From NCBI RefSeq assembly GCF_003334305.1, contig NZ_QOWS01000014.1: a stretch of DNA of 64,000 bases; one strand, given 5' to 3'. Under the pieces are notes generated by a model that was not told the origin of the DNA, did no database searches, and saw nothing but the letters and a program-made list of their open reading frames with translations. This DNA is from Escherichia coli (GTDB taxonomy: Bacteria; Pseudomonadota; Gammaproteobacteria; Enterobacterales; Enterobacteriaceae). The number at the start of each line of letters is the position of its first letter. Within the stretch, counting starts at the first letter, position 1. The translations under genes and the position numbers were made by a program. Shown in pieces: positions 44,884-54,578 of this stretch.

Positions 44884-45888
44884 ATGTCTGGTTCTGTTGC
44901 CGTGACACGCGCCATTGCCGTGCCCGGATTGCTGTTATTACTGATTATCGCGACGGCATTAAGCCTGCTCATTGGGGCAAAATCACTCCCCGCTTCCGTA
45001 GTGCTGGAGGCCTTCTCCGGCACCTGCCAGAGCGCCGACTGCACCATCGTGCTCGACGCGCGTCTGCCGCGTACCCTTGCCGGTTTACTGGCAGGCGGCG
45101 CGCTTGGCCTTGCCGGGGCGTTAATGCAAACCCTCACCCGTAACCCACTTGCCGACCCCGGCTTGCTTGGCGTGAACGCCGGAGCCAGCTTTGCCATTGT
45201 GCTGGGTGCGGCGCTGTTTGGTTACTCTTCCGCACAGGAACAACTGGCGATGGCCTTCGCCGGGGCGCTGGTGGCCTCGTTGATTGTTGCCTTTACCGGC
45301 AGCCAGGGCGGCGGGCAGTTAAGTCCGGTGCGTTTAACCCTGGCGGGCGTGGCGCTGGCGGCGGTGCTGGAAGGACTGACCAGCGGCATCGCCCTGCTTA
45401 ATCCTGACGTCTACGATCAACTGCGTTTCTGGCAAGCCGGTTCGCTGGATATTCGCAATCTACATACCTTAAAAGTGGTGCTGATCCCGGTTCTGATCGC
45501 CGGAGCAACTGCGCTATTACTGAGTCGCGCGCTGAACAGTTTGAGCCTCGGCAGTGACACCGCGACGGCGCTGGGCAGTCGCGTGGCGCGCACACAGTTA
45601 ATTGGTCTGCTGGCGATTACCGTGCTTTGTGGTAGTGCGACAGCGGTAGTTGGCCCGATTGCCTTTATTGGCCTGATGATGCCGCATATGGCGCGTTGGC
45701 TGGTGGGTGCCGATCATCGCTGGTCGCTGCCCGTCACGCTACTCGCCACCCCTGCCCTGCTGCTGTTTGCCGATATCATCGGGCGGGTGATTGTGCCCGG
45801 CGAGTTGCGCGTTTCTGTGGTCAGTGCGTTTATTGGTGCACCGGTGCTGATCTTCCTCGTGCGACGTAAAACGCGAGGTGGTGCATGA
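44884..45888 (+). CDS. fepD: Ferric enterobactin ABC transporter permease FepD
   Basis: 334-aa CDS MSGSVAVTRAIAVPGLLLLLII...; the ORF track begins 4 codons upstream. Confidence 0.9.
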   Translation: MSGSVAVTRAIAVPGLLLLLIIATALSLLIGAKSLPASVVLEAFSGTCQSADCTIVLDARLPRTLAGLLAGGALGLAGALMQTLTRNPLADPGLLGVNAGASFAIVLGAALFGYSSAQEQLAMAFAGALVASLIVAFTGSQGGGQLSPVRLTLAGVALAAVLEGLTSGIALLNPDVYDQLRFWQAGSLDIRNLHTLKVVLIPVLIAGATALLLSRALNSLSLGSDTATALGSRVARTQLIGLLAITVLCGSATAVVGPIAFIGLMMPHMARWLVGADHRWSLPVTLLATPALLLFADIIGRVIVPGELRVSVVSAFIGAPVLIFLVRRKTRGGA

Positions 45889-46877
45889 TTTACGTCTCTC
45901 GCCGATTACTCATCACCTGTTTGCTGCTTATTTCCGCCTGTGTGGTTGCAGGTATCTGGGGATTACGCAGCGGTGCCGTCACGCTGGAAACCTCGCAGGT
46001 ATTCGCCGCGCTGATGGGCGATGCGCCGCGCAGTATGACGATGGTGGTCACCGAATGGCGTTTACCACGCGTGCTGATGGCGCTGTTGATTGGCGCGGCA
46101 CTGGGCGTCAGCGGTGCGATTTTTCAGTCGCTGATGCGTAACCCGCTCGGCAGCCCTGACGTAATGGGCTTTAACACCGGGGCGTGGAGCGGCGTGCTGG
46201 TGGCGATGGTGCTGTTTGGTCAGGACCTGACGGCTATCGCGCTGGCAGCAATGGTGGGCGGCATTGTCACTTCTCTGTTGGTCTGGCTGCTCGCCTGGCG
46301 TAACGGTATCGACACCTTTCGGTTGATTATTATCGGCATCGGCGTTCGCGCCATGCTGGTGGCCTTTAATACCTGGCTGTTGCTGAAAGCGTCTTTAGAA
46401 ACGGCGCTAACAGCGGGTTTGTGGAATGCCGGATCGCTCAATGGCCTGACGTGGGCAAAAACTTCGCCTTCCGCACCCATCATTATATTGATGCTCATTG
46501 CCGCCGCCTTGCTGGTGCGGCGAATGCGCTTGCTGGAGATGGGCGATGATACCGCCTGCGCGCTGGGCGTCAGCGTCGAGCGTTCGCGTCTGTTAATGAT
46601 GCTGGTTGCAGTGGTGCTTACCGCTGCGGCAACGGCGCTTGCCGGGCCGATTTCCTTTATTGCTTTAGTCGCGCCGCACATTGCCCGACGCATTAGCGGC
46701 ACCGCTCGCTGGGGGCTGACCCAGGCGGCGCTGTGCGGAGCGCTGTTACTGCTGGCGGCCGATCTCTGCGCCCAACAACTGTTTATGCCGTATCAACTTC
46801 CGGTTGGCGTCGTTACCGTCAGCCTCGGCGGTATTTACCTTATCGTCTTGTTAATTCAGGAGTCTCGCAAAAAATGA
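45885..46877 (+). CDS. fepG: Ferric enterobactin ABC transporter permease FepG
   Basis: 330-aa ORF overlapping the fepD stop by 4 nt. Confidence 0.92.
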   Translation: MIYVSRRLLITCLLLISACVVAGIWGLRSGAVTLETSQVFAALMGDAPRSMTMVVTEWRLPRVLMALLIGAALGVSGAIFQSLMRNPLGSPDVMGFNTGAWSGVLVAMVLFGQDLTAIALAAMVGGIVTSLLVWLLAWRNGIDTFRLIIIGIGVRAMLVAFNTWLLLKASLETALTAGLWNAGSLNGLTWAKTSPSAPIIILMLIAAALLVRRMRLLEMGDDTACALGVSVERSRLLMMLVAVVLTAAATALAGPISFIALVAPHIARRISGTARWGLTQAALCGALLLLAADLCAQQLFMPYQLPVGVVTVSLGGIYLIVLLIQESRKK

Positions 46878-47689
46878 CCGAATCAGTAGCCCGTTTGCGC
46901 GGCGAACAGTTAACCCTGGGATATGGCAAATATACCGTTGCGGAAAATCTGACTGTAGAAATTCCTGATGGTCACTTCACGGCAATTATCGGACCAAATG
47001 GCTGTGGTAAATCCACGTTACTGCGTACCTTAAGCCGCCTGATGACGCCTGCTCACGGGCATGTCTGGCTGGATGGCGAGCACATTCAACATTACGCCAG
47101 TAAAGAAGTTGCACGCCGGATTGGTCTGTTGGCGCAAAATGCTACCACGCCGGGCGATATCACCGTGCAGGAGCTGGTGGCGCGTGGACGTTATCCGCAT
47201 CAACCGCTGTTTACCCGCTGGCGCAAAGAGGATGAAGAAGCGGTAACGAAAGCGATGCAGGCCACGGGAATAACTCATCTGGCAGATCAAAGCGTGGATA
47301 CCCTTTCTGGCGGACAACGCCAGCGAGCGTGGATCGCGATGGTGCTGGCCCAGGAAACGGCAATTATGCTGCTCGACGAACCCACGACCTGGCTGGATAT
47401 CAGTCATCAGATTGATCTACTGGAACTGTTAAGCGAACTGAACCGCGAGAAAGGCTATACCCTGGCGGCGGTGCTGCACGATCTTAATCAGGCCTGTCGT
47501 TACGCCAGCCATTTGATTGCATTGCGGGAAGGGAAAATTGTTGCTCAGGGAGCGCCGAAGGAGATTGTCACTGCTGAACTGATTGAGCGCATTTATGGTC
47601 TGCGATGCATGATCATTGACGATCCGGTAGCCGGAACGCCGCTTGTGGTGCCGCTCGGACGAACGGCACCTTCAACCGCAAATAGTTAA
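46874..47689 (+). CDS. fepC: Ferric enterobactin ABC transporter ATP-binding protein FepC
   Basis: 271-aa CDS MTESVARLRGEQLTLGYG... with Walker A (GPNGCGKST) and the ABC signature (LSGGQRQR); the ATG overlaps the fepG stop by 4 nt. Confidence 0.92.
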   Translation: MTESVARLRGEQLTLGYGKYTVAENLTVEIPDGHFTAIIGPNGCGKSTLLRTLSRLMTPAHGHVWLDGEHIQHYASKEVARRIGLLAQNATTPGDITVQELVARGRYPHQPLFTRWRKEDEEAVTKAMQATGITHLADQSVDTLSGGQRQRAWIAMVLAQETAIMLLDEPTTWLDISHQIDLLELLSELNREKGYTLAAVLHDLNQACRYASHLIALREGKIVAQGAPKEIVTAELIERIYGLRCMIIDDPVAGTPLVVPLGRTAPSTANS

Positions 47690-48819
47690 ACTAAGTGGTC
47701 TGCCATCATGGCATCCTGTTTTCTGGATGCCATCGCATAGCGCAATAACACGCTACCACAAGCCACCATCCCGCCGATCAGCGCGGAAAGGATCACAATA
47801 ATCGCCTTACCCGGACCGTCTTTTTTCACTGGCAATGACGGGCTTAACTGATATTTAAACGGCGTAAAATTCACATCGTTGATATTTGCTTTTGTTAACT
47901 GCTCAACAAGATACTGACGATTACGTAATTCACCGTTCAGTTCCGCAACGTCAGTGACCGCTTTTTCAATTTCCAGTTTGCGTTCAATACCGTCTGCGCC
48001 GAGAGAAATAGAGAAATCGGGGTCATCTTTAACGGCCTGACCATTACTGTATACGGGCTTTTTAATTCCCGCCGCGTTGGCAATGTCGAGTGAATAATTG
48101 AGGCGCTGAATGTTTGCATCAAGTTGATTTTTCGTTTTAATGCGATCCTGAGCCAGTTTTTCTTTTTCAAACTGGGTTTTGATCTCCAGTTTATTACGGA
48201 CGTTTTCTATCGACTCTTTCACCACCAACGCAGAGATATAATCGATATACCCGCTCAAAACGGTCTGCGCCTCTTTACTGGTTGGCGCGGTAAAACTTAG
48301 CGTCCAGGAGGTATACAGTGACGGTTCATCTTTTTTCTTACTGGCATTGTCATCAACCGCTTTCATTTTTTCGCTCAATGCAACAATAGCGCGATGCAAA
48401 TCCAGTTCATCGATTTTCGCCTCTTTTAATTGGTCCATCACATAAGGTGATGAACGCAGGTACTCTTCCAGCAAGCTAACAGACTGAAACTTCTTGATAA
48501 ACAGGTTAAATGCACCGCCACGGTCGATATTAACATCGAGATCAAGAACGCGGAGTTTGGTAAAGGTTTTCTCCAGGTCCTGCCACTGAATGGCTTCGGC
48601 GGGAGTAATAACGGCTGAGCTGGTCCATTTTTGCGGCAGGATGAAAGAGATCAGTAAACCTGCGCAGGCAAATGCAAAAACGACCGCCATGACCGTTTTT
48701 TTGGCCCGCCATAAAACTTCGATTAGATTAAGTAAATCAATTTCATTATTACTGGGCGACGCCAGAGGATACTCAGAAAAATGAGCGTCACTTCCCTGTT
48801 TAATATTCAATGATGACAT
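47686..48819 (-). CDS. fepE: Polysaccharide co-polymerase (O-antigen chain-length regulator, Wzz family) FepE
   Basis: 377-aa ORF with N- and C-terminal transmembrane helices and a long coiled periplasmic region. Confidence 0.9.
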   Translation of the reverse strand: MSSLNIKQGSDAHFSEYPLASPSNNEIDLLNLIEVLWRAKKTVMAVVFAFACAGLLISFILPQKWTSSAVITPAEAIQWQDLEKTFTKLRVLDLDVNIDRGGAFNLFIKKFQSVSLLEEYLRSSPYVMDQLKEAKIDELDLHRAIVALSEKMKAVDDNASKKKDEPSLYTSWTLSFTAPTSKEAQTVLSGYIDYISALVVKESIENVRNKLEIKTQFEKEKLAQDRIKTKNQLDANIQRLNYSLDIANAAGIKKPVYSNGQAVKDDPDFSISLGADGIERKLEIEKAVTDVAELNGELRNRQYLVEQLTKANINDVNFTPFKYQLSPSLPVKKDGPGKAIIVILSALIGGMVACGSVLLRYAMASRKQDAMMADHLV

Positions 48820-48985
48820 GGGGTATAACCTGAAAATGAGTCCAATAGGGGAAAATCTCCACGGCGCTCACTTTACCAGTTGGTGAGAATTATCCGAAGC
48901 TGAAGTTTGTAAATTCCTTCCACTGAATGCAACATTCACTCTATTTAAGAGAAATAACTAGCAAACTTATAAACTAAATAAATGA

Positions 48986-49020
48986 TTAACCCATAATTAT
49001 TTCCTATAATTATGGGTTAA
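48986..49020. terminator. Perfect 15-bp inverted repeat between entF and fepE (putative entF terminator or fepE regulatory site)
   Basis: TTAACCCATAATTAT-ttcct-ATAATTATGGGTTAA, 15 bp downstream of the entF stop and about 170 bp upstream of the fepE ATG. Confidence 0.5.
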
Positions 49021-49034
49021 TAGATAATGTTAAT

Positions 49035-52000
49035 TTACCTGTTTAGCGTTGCGCGAATAATCGGCCCAATTTTTTCAAACGCCCCTGGAGAGATAATATC
49101 CACATGCGCACAATCCTGACGATAGATATCCAGCTCCGCAATCCACGGCGACCAGGCGCGTTCGGGGCTCATACCTTCCTGAAGCGTGCGTTCAGCAACA
49201 AACAGCGTCGCTTTACCATCAAACGGTACGCTATGAGCAGTCGTCAGCAGGCGCACAGCATCAGCGTAGTTGCCTTCAATGGTGGTAAACAACTCCGTTG
49301 AAGTACTTCCCTGCTGTGCAGCCAGGAAGGCCTCGCGCTCGCGGTTAATCTCCGCCAGCACTTCCGGGTCCAGACCATTAGCTTCTTTTTCCTGCCAGTT
49401 TTGCGTTTCTGGCGGCCAGGTATCCAGCAAGCCAAGAAATGCCACCTGTTCGCCACGGGCACGCAGTCGCGCCGCAATACCCTGCACCAGCGTACCGCCA
49501 AGGGAATACCCCAGCAGGTAATAAGGGCCGTGCGGTTGTTGCTCAAGTAACGTTGCCAGATGCGCTTCGCAGACTTCATCCAGGTTTGTCGCTGTCTGCA
49601 TGGGTCCATGAGGGCGCGGCGACTGAATGCCAATAATCGACCATTGTGGATCGAGATAACGCGAGAGCACGCTAAACTGCCAGGCAAAACCGGATGCCGG
49701 ATGGAAACAAAACAGCGTCGGGCCATTACCTTCACGCAACGGCAGAATGGTTTCGAATCCCATGCGCCGGGAGCTGTCCTCTTCACCATCAATAATCGTT
49801 GCCAGTTTGGCGACGGTTGACGCGACCATCACCTGCCCCGGCGTCACCTGACGAGCAAACTGTCGACTTAACTGCGCTGCCAGTTTCATTGCCAGTAGCG
49901 AATGACCGCCCAGCGCAAAGAAATCAGCATCGGCATCCTGCACGTCACAACCCAGCAACGACGCGAATGCCGCGGCGATAATCTTTTCACTGCCCGCTTT
50001 CGGTGCACGTCCCGACGCTTGTGTCTTCAGTTCAGGCAACGGTAAGGCTTTGCGATCCAGCTTGCCGTTGGCGCTAAGAGGTAACTGTGGAAGTTGCAGC
50101 AGAACCACCGGCACCATATGCGGCGGCAATGTTTCGCGAAGCTGTGCCTGTAATGCGCTGGTATCCAACGGCAGACCTGATTGCGACACCAGATAGCCCA
50201 CCAACTGACGCGCATCACCACCGGTGGCTGCCGCCAGGTTAATCACACAGGCGTGGGTAACGGCTTGTTTGACATCCGGCAGCGCCTGCATCACGCGATC
50301 GATTTCGCCCAGTTCGATACGCTGCCCGCGAATTTTTAGCTGATCGTCACTGCGCCCGAGGTACTCCACCGCGCCGTTATCCAGCCAGCGGGCGACGTCT
50401 CCGGTACGATACATCCGTTCACCTGGGGCAAAAGGATCGGCAATAAAACGGCTGGCGGTCAGATCGGGTCGTCCAAGATACCCCTGCGCCAGTTGGATGC
50501 CGGTGAGATAGAGATCACCCGCCACACCCGGCGGCACCGGATGCATCATCGCATCAAGAATACGCAGACCCGTATTCCATACCGGATAACCAATCGGCAC
50601 ACTGCTGCCGCGCACCTGTGCCAGTTCCTCGCCAAAAGCCGGATACCAGCTGACATCTACCGCCGCTTCCGTCGGGCCATACAGGTTATGCAACGGCGCG
50701 CCGGTTAACTGTTGCCATTCGCGGCATAAATCAGCCGGTAAGGCCTCACCACTACAGAAAACCTGTTTCAACGTCGCGCAATTCTGGCGAGCGGTTTGCG
50801 GCGTCAGCGATGCAACAAATGCCGCCAGCATCGACGGCACAAAGTGCGTGGTCGTTACGCCATATTCGGCAAAGAATTGCTGCATAGCGAGCGGGTCACG
50901 GTGCGCTTCCGGTTCAGCCATCACCAGTTTTGCCCCTGCGATAAACGGCCAGAAAAACTCCCACACCGAGACATCAAAACTGCACGGCGTTTTTTGGGCA
51001 ACGACATCTTCGCCTGTAAGCGGGTAGTGATTTTGCATCCATAACAGGCGGTTAACGATAGCCGTCTGCCCGACCATTACACCTTTCGGCCTGCCGGTGG
51101 AGCCAGAGGTAAAGATGATATAAGCCGTGTGGTGCGGTTGTGAAAGTTGCAGCGGCGCACTGCCCTGGGGGGTAAGCGGGGCGTTATAGCAAAGGCTTGT
51201 TAAATTGGGAACATCGCTAAAGCGCGGCAGTTGATCGTCGGTGGTAATTAACAGCGACGGACGCGCATCTTCCAGCATCATTTTCAGGCGATCGTCCGGA
51301 TAGCCGGTATCCAGCGGTAGCCAGGCCGCGCCAGCTTCAACTATTGCATGGAGTGCCAGGGTCAAAAAGACCGAGCGCGGTAGTGCCACCGCCACGCTGT
51401 CCCCTGGTTTAACGCCGCGCTCACGCAGCAGATTCGCCAGCGCCACCACCTGCTCGCGCATTTCCCGATAGCTGAACAGGTAACGCGCATCTGCCAGCGC
51501 CGGAGCATCCGGTGTTTTTGCCGCTTGTTCTGCCACCAGCGCGCTCAGCGTGGTTTCTGGAATCTCAACCTGAGTGGCGTTGATCTGCGCCAGCTGCGCA
51601 TACTCACCTGGCAGCATAATATCGACATCGCCGCACAACAGCGCCGGATCCGCGGCGAACTGGGCAATCAGCATTTTCAGGCGTTCAGCATGCTGGATTA
51701 ACGTTGGCTCATCGTAACGCTGTTTATTGGCGAGGATCTCAATACTCAAATCACCGTGTTCATCCGGGAACAGGGCCAGTTCAAGGTCATTAACCGGACC
51801 GGTTGCCAGGGTATGGGTTTGCGTCTGAACACCAGGAATATCCAGTTGGTAATCAAATACCTTGATATTGAGTACCGGACCGAACAGCGGTTCCTCTCCT
51901 GCCGCTCGCCCGCTGTCACGGACAATTTGTTCGGCATCGTAACGTTGATGACGACGCATTTTTTTCAGTTGTGCTGCCAGTCGGGTTGCCAGTTCCGGCA

Positions 52001-52916
52001 GCGTTTCTTGCGCCGCAATGTGAATACCCAACGGTAAAACGTTGAGCACGGGTCCGCTAGCCGTCAGCGCCGCCGAGCCCAGTCGACGCATAAAGATAAA
52101 TCCGGCGGCATAGTCCATGCGATTGCACAATCGCCCCAGCCACAAGGCTGCCAGCGCAAGGGCTAAATCGGTACGCTGCACACCTGAAAGTTGCGTAGCC
52201 AGCTGGCGGAATTCCCCGTCGGTAAATTCCAGTTTCAGGCGCAGAATATCTGCCGAAGCGCTGCGCCTCGCTAAAGGTGCCGGAGAAAGTGACGCGGGCG
52301 GCGGCAGTTGACGACGCTGTTCTGCCCAGAATGCCGCATCACGCTGCCAGGCTTCGCTTTCGCGGTATTGCTGGTACTCTTCCACTACATCAGCGAAAGG
52401 CGTAAACGGCGAAGCAGGCGTTGGTTCGCCACGCAGCCATGTGCAGTAAATATTGGCGATCTGGCGAGTAATGGCCGGGAAACTGAAGCCATCGACCAGC
52501 AAATGGTGATAACGCTGATACCAGTACCAGCGGTTATCCGCAACATGTATCAGCTGATGAAAGACCAGTGGTTTACCGCTATCGACGCGCAAATCTTGTT
52601 GCAAATCCGCCAGCATTAATGCCTGCGCAGTACCGTGCGGATCAATATTGGTTCGCAGGTCGATAATTTCTGGCAGTTCGAATATCAGCGCATCATCGAC
52701 CCACTGCCAGACTTCGCCGTTATCTTCCGTAAAACGCATCCGCAACGTATCTGCTTGCGCTAGTCCGACAACCACCGCGCGGGCCAGTAATGGCGCATCA
52801 ACATCTCCAGTTAACTCAACGTAATGCGCCACGCTCCAGGCGGAGGGTAAATCCGACAGTTTTTCTGCCATCCAGATGCCGGGCTGTGCGGCGACCAAAG
52901 GTAAATGCTGGCTCAT
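49035..52916 (-). CDS. entF: Enterobactin synthase component F (NRPS: condensation, Ser-adenylation, peptidyl carrier and thioesterase domains)
   Basis: 1293-aa CDS MSQHLPLVAAQPGIWMAEKLSDLP...; the ORF track's upstream GTG-type extension overlaps ybdZ; AMP-binding motifs (…SGSTGRPKG…) present. Confidence 0.93.
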   Translation of the reverse strand: MSQHLPLVAAQPGIWMAEKLSDLPSAWSVAHYVELTGDVDAPLLARAVVVGLAQADTLRMRFTEDNGEVWQWVDDALIFELPEIIDLRTNIDPHGTAQALMLADLQQDLRVDSGKPLVFHQLIHVADNRWYWYQRYHHLLVDGFSFPAITRQIANIYCTWLRGEPTPASPFTPFADVVEEYQQYRESEAWQRDAAFWAEQRRQLPPPASLSPAPLARRSASADILRLKLEFTDGEFRQLATQLSGVQRTDLALALAALWLGRLCNRMDYAAGFIFMRRLGSAALTASGPVLNVLPLGIHIAAQETLPELATRLAAQLKKMRRHQRYDAEQIVRDSGRAAGEEPLFGPVLNIKVFDYQLDIPGVQTQTHTLATGPVNDLELALFPDEHGDLSIEILANKQRYDEPTLIQHAERLKMLIAQFAADPALLCGDVDIMLPGEYAQLAQINATQVEIPETTLSALVAEQAAKTPDAPALADARYLFSYREMREQVVALANLLRERGVKPGDSVAVALPRSVFLTLALHAIVEAGAAWLPLDTGYPDDRLKMMLEDARPSLLITTDDQLPRFSDVPNLTSLCYNAPLTPQGSAPLQLSQPHHTAYIIFTSGSTGRPKGVMVGQTAIVNRLLWMQNHYPLTGEDVVAQKTPCSFDVSVWEFFWPFIAGAKLVMAEPEAHRDPLAMQQFFAEYGVTTTHFVPSMLAAFVASLTPQTARQNCATLKQVFCSGEALPADLCREWQQLTGAPLHNLYGPTEAAVDVSWYPAFGEELAQVRGSSVPIGYPVWNTGLRILDAMMHPVPPGVAGDLYLTGIQLAQGYLGRPDLTASRFIADPFAPGERMYRTGDVARWLDNGAVEYLGRSDDQLKIRGQRIELGEIDRVMQALPDVKQAVTHACVINLAAATGGDARQLVGYLVSQSGLPLDTSALQAQLRETLPPHMVPVVLLQLPQLPLSANGKLDRKALPLPELKTQASGRAPKAGSEKIIAAAFASLLGCDVQDADADFFALGGHSLLAMKLAAQLSRQFARQVTPGQVMVASTVAKLATIIDGEEDSSRRMGFETILPLREGNGPTLFCFHPASGFAWQFSVLSRYLDPQWSIIGIQSPRPHGPMQTATNLDEVCEAHLATLLEQQPHGPYYLLGYSLGGTLVQGIAARLRARGEQVAFLGLLDTWPPETQNWQEKEANGLDPEVLAEINREREAFLAAQQGSTSTELFTTIEGNYADAVRLLTTAHSVPFDGKATLFVAERTLQEGMSPERAWSPWIAELDIYRQDCAHVDIISPGAFEKIGPIIRATLNR

Positions 52917-53131
52917 TGTGCCTCCTGCAACTGGGTGAAATTGGCCGGTGTCAGAGTACGCCAGTGGACTTCCAGCCACTGCTGGCAGGACGCCTGTGAC
53001 TGCGGCTGACACACAATGTCCCAGCCTGCCGGTAAGGCGCATTGTTGCGGCCACAGACTGAATTGCCCCTGCGCATTGCGCAAAATGTAAAACGCTCCCT
53101 GTGGATCATCGAAGGGATTACTGAATGCCAT
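52913..53131 (-). CDS. ybdZ: MbtH-like protein YbdZ (NRPS adenylation-domain partner)
   Basis: 72-aa CDS MAFSNPFDDPQGAFYILRNAQGQFSLWP...; its stop overlaps the entF start by 4 nt. Confidence 0.92.
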   Translation of the reverse strand: MAFSNPFDDPQGAFYILRNAQGQFSLWPQQCALPAGWDIVCQPQSQASCQQWLEVHWRTLTPANFTQLQEAQ

Positions 53132-53133
53132 AT

Positions 53134-54336
53134 TCAACTCCTGTCATGGAAAAGTGGTTGCCAGAGGTCGATTAGCCCCTGCATCAAGCCACCGCGCCAA
53201 CAAAGCGCATCATGTCCGCCGTCAACCTGACGCCAGAAAATGGATTCTTTTATGGGGTGTAATTGCGCATACAGCGCCTGATTGGCCCGCATAATCATCG
53301 GCTCGCGAATACCCGCTTCCAGCACAATGCGCAGACCTTCGGCGCTAACTTCACCAGCTTTAAGCTTTTCAAGTAACACGCCCTCTTGCTGCCCGCCCCG
53401 ATGCGGCCACCAGTACGATCCTGACTGGCTTAATACACAGCCAAAGCGTTCAGGCCAGTGCAGTCCGGCATACAGCGCGGAAAGTCCACCAAAACTCTGC
53501 CCGGCGACCACGGTGCGATCGGCGCGATCGCTAAAAGGGGCAATAGCTTTCACCAGGGGTAATAACTCTTGCTGTACTGCCAGCCAGAAATCCGCATTAC
53601 ACGGCAGTTCGTGAGCGCGGTGCGTAGTGTCGATAGCGTCGATCAACACATACACGGCGGGAGGAAGTTGCTGACGATGGGTCAACGAAGTCAGCACAGG
53701 CCAGACAGGCATACTCTGCGCCCAAAATTCGCCATCGAGCAAAACTGCCAGCGGGCGTTCTCCTGCTGTTGCATCGCCAGTGGTAAAAATCCATACACGG
53801 CGTGAATTTTTCAACCGTTCACTTTTCCAGATAATTTCTTTGGCAGGCGTTTCTGGCGCTTGCGGACAATCCCATCCCGGTTGCAGAGGCGCTTGCGGCA
53901 TTTCGAGTGCAGAAACAGCGTGCCCTCGCCCGCCTTTCCAGCTTTGTGGATTCAGCGGATCGGCTATTGCCTGGGGTAATAGTTTTCGCCAGCCTTCACG
54001 TAATTCGAGGCGATCGGGGGATGGTGCAGAAAAAATGTCATCGCGTTCGGTGGGAATAAAACAGTAGCTGCCGCGCCAGTTGGCATTGAGTTGTGTCGTC
54101 CACTGCCAGACGTTGGTGCCTGCAATTCGCTGCATCGACTGGGGCTGGCTGTTCTGATGGTGATCGGTCACACCAGTGATGTAGACCCATACGCGCTTTA
54201 TCGTCGAGTATTCTTCAGAACCTTGGGGATCACGCCACCAGAAAGTGACCTCAAACATTTCGTCATTCAGACGCTGCCATTCCGGGCCATGTTTCGACTG
54301 CCACCAGCTCTCACTTCCTACTTTTAACGCCGTCAC
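53134..54336 (-). CDS. fes: Enterochelin (ferric enterobactin) esterase Fes
   Basis: 400-aa ORF with GTG start, containing the serine-hydrolase motif GQSFGG. Confidence 0.9.
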   Translation of the reverse strand: MTALKVGSESWWQSKHGPEWQRLNDEMFEVTFWWRDPQGSEEYSTIKRVWVYITGVTDHHQNSQPQSMQRIAGTNVWQWTTQLNANWRGSYCFIPTERDDIFSAPSPDRLELREGWRKLLPQAIADPLNPQSWKGGRGHAVSALEMPQAPLQPGWDCPQAPETPAKEIIWKSERLKNSRRVWIFTTGDATAGERPLAVLLDGEFWAQSMPVWPVLTSLTHRQQLPPAVYVLIDAIDTTHRAHELPCNADFWLAVQQELLPLVKAIAPFSDRADRTVVAGQSFGGLSALYAGLHWPERFGCVLSQSGSYWWPHRGGQQEGVLLEKLKAGEVSAEGLRIVLEAGIREPMIMRANQALYAQLHPIKESIFWRQVDGGHDALCWRGGLMQGLIDLWQPLFHDRS

Positions 54337-54385
54337 ACCATAACCCCATGTTTACTGTGCAATTTTTCATTGATTGCAGAAATAT

Positions 54386-54412
54386 ATTGATAATATTATT
54401 GATAACTATTTG
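54386..54412. promoter_or_regulatory. Fur-box-like sequence(s) in the divergent fes / fepA promoter region
   Basis: TTGATAATATTATTGATAACTATTTGC contains tandem GATAAT hexamers resembling the Fur consensus. Confidence 0.8.
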
Positions 54413-54578
54413 CATTTGCAATAGCGTAATGGCGCGCCGTGGGAAGCGCGGACATTAATTAACCAACTGCACTGCGTGTCTTTCAGGATCAAAGGTTTTC
54501 GCGGTAGCGGGATGCGTCGTGTTGATGACGACCATGCCCGACAGTTGCAATTCGTGGCAAAAATGCAGGAATAAAACA

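Noticed and set aside
49104-52999. Numerous 60-180-aa ORFs on both strands within entF
   Set aside because: All are embedded in the 1293-aa NRPS gene; their frames and strands are inconsistent with a coherent gene.
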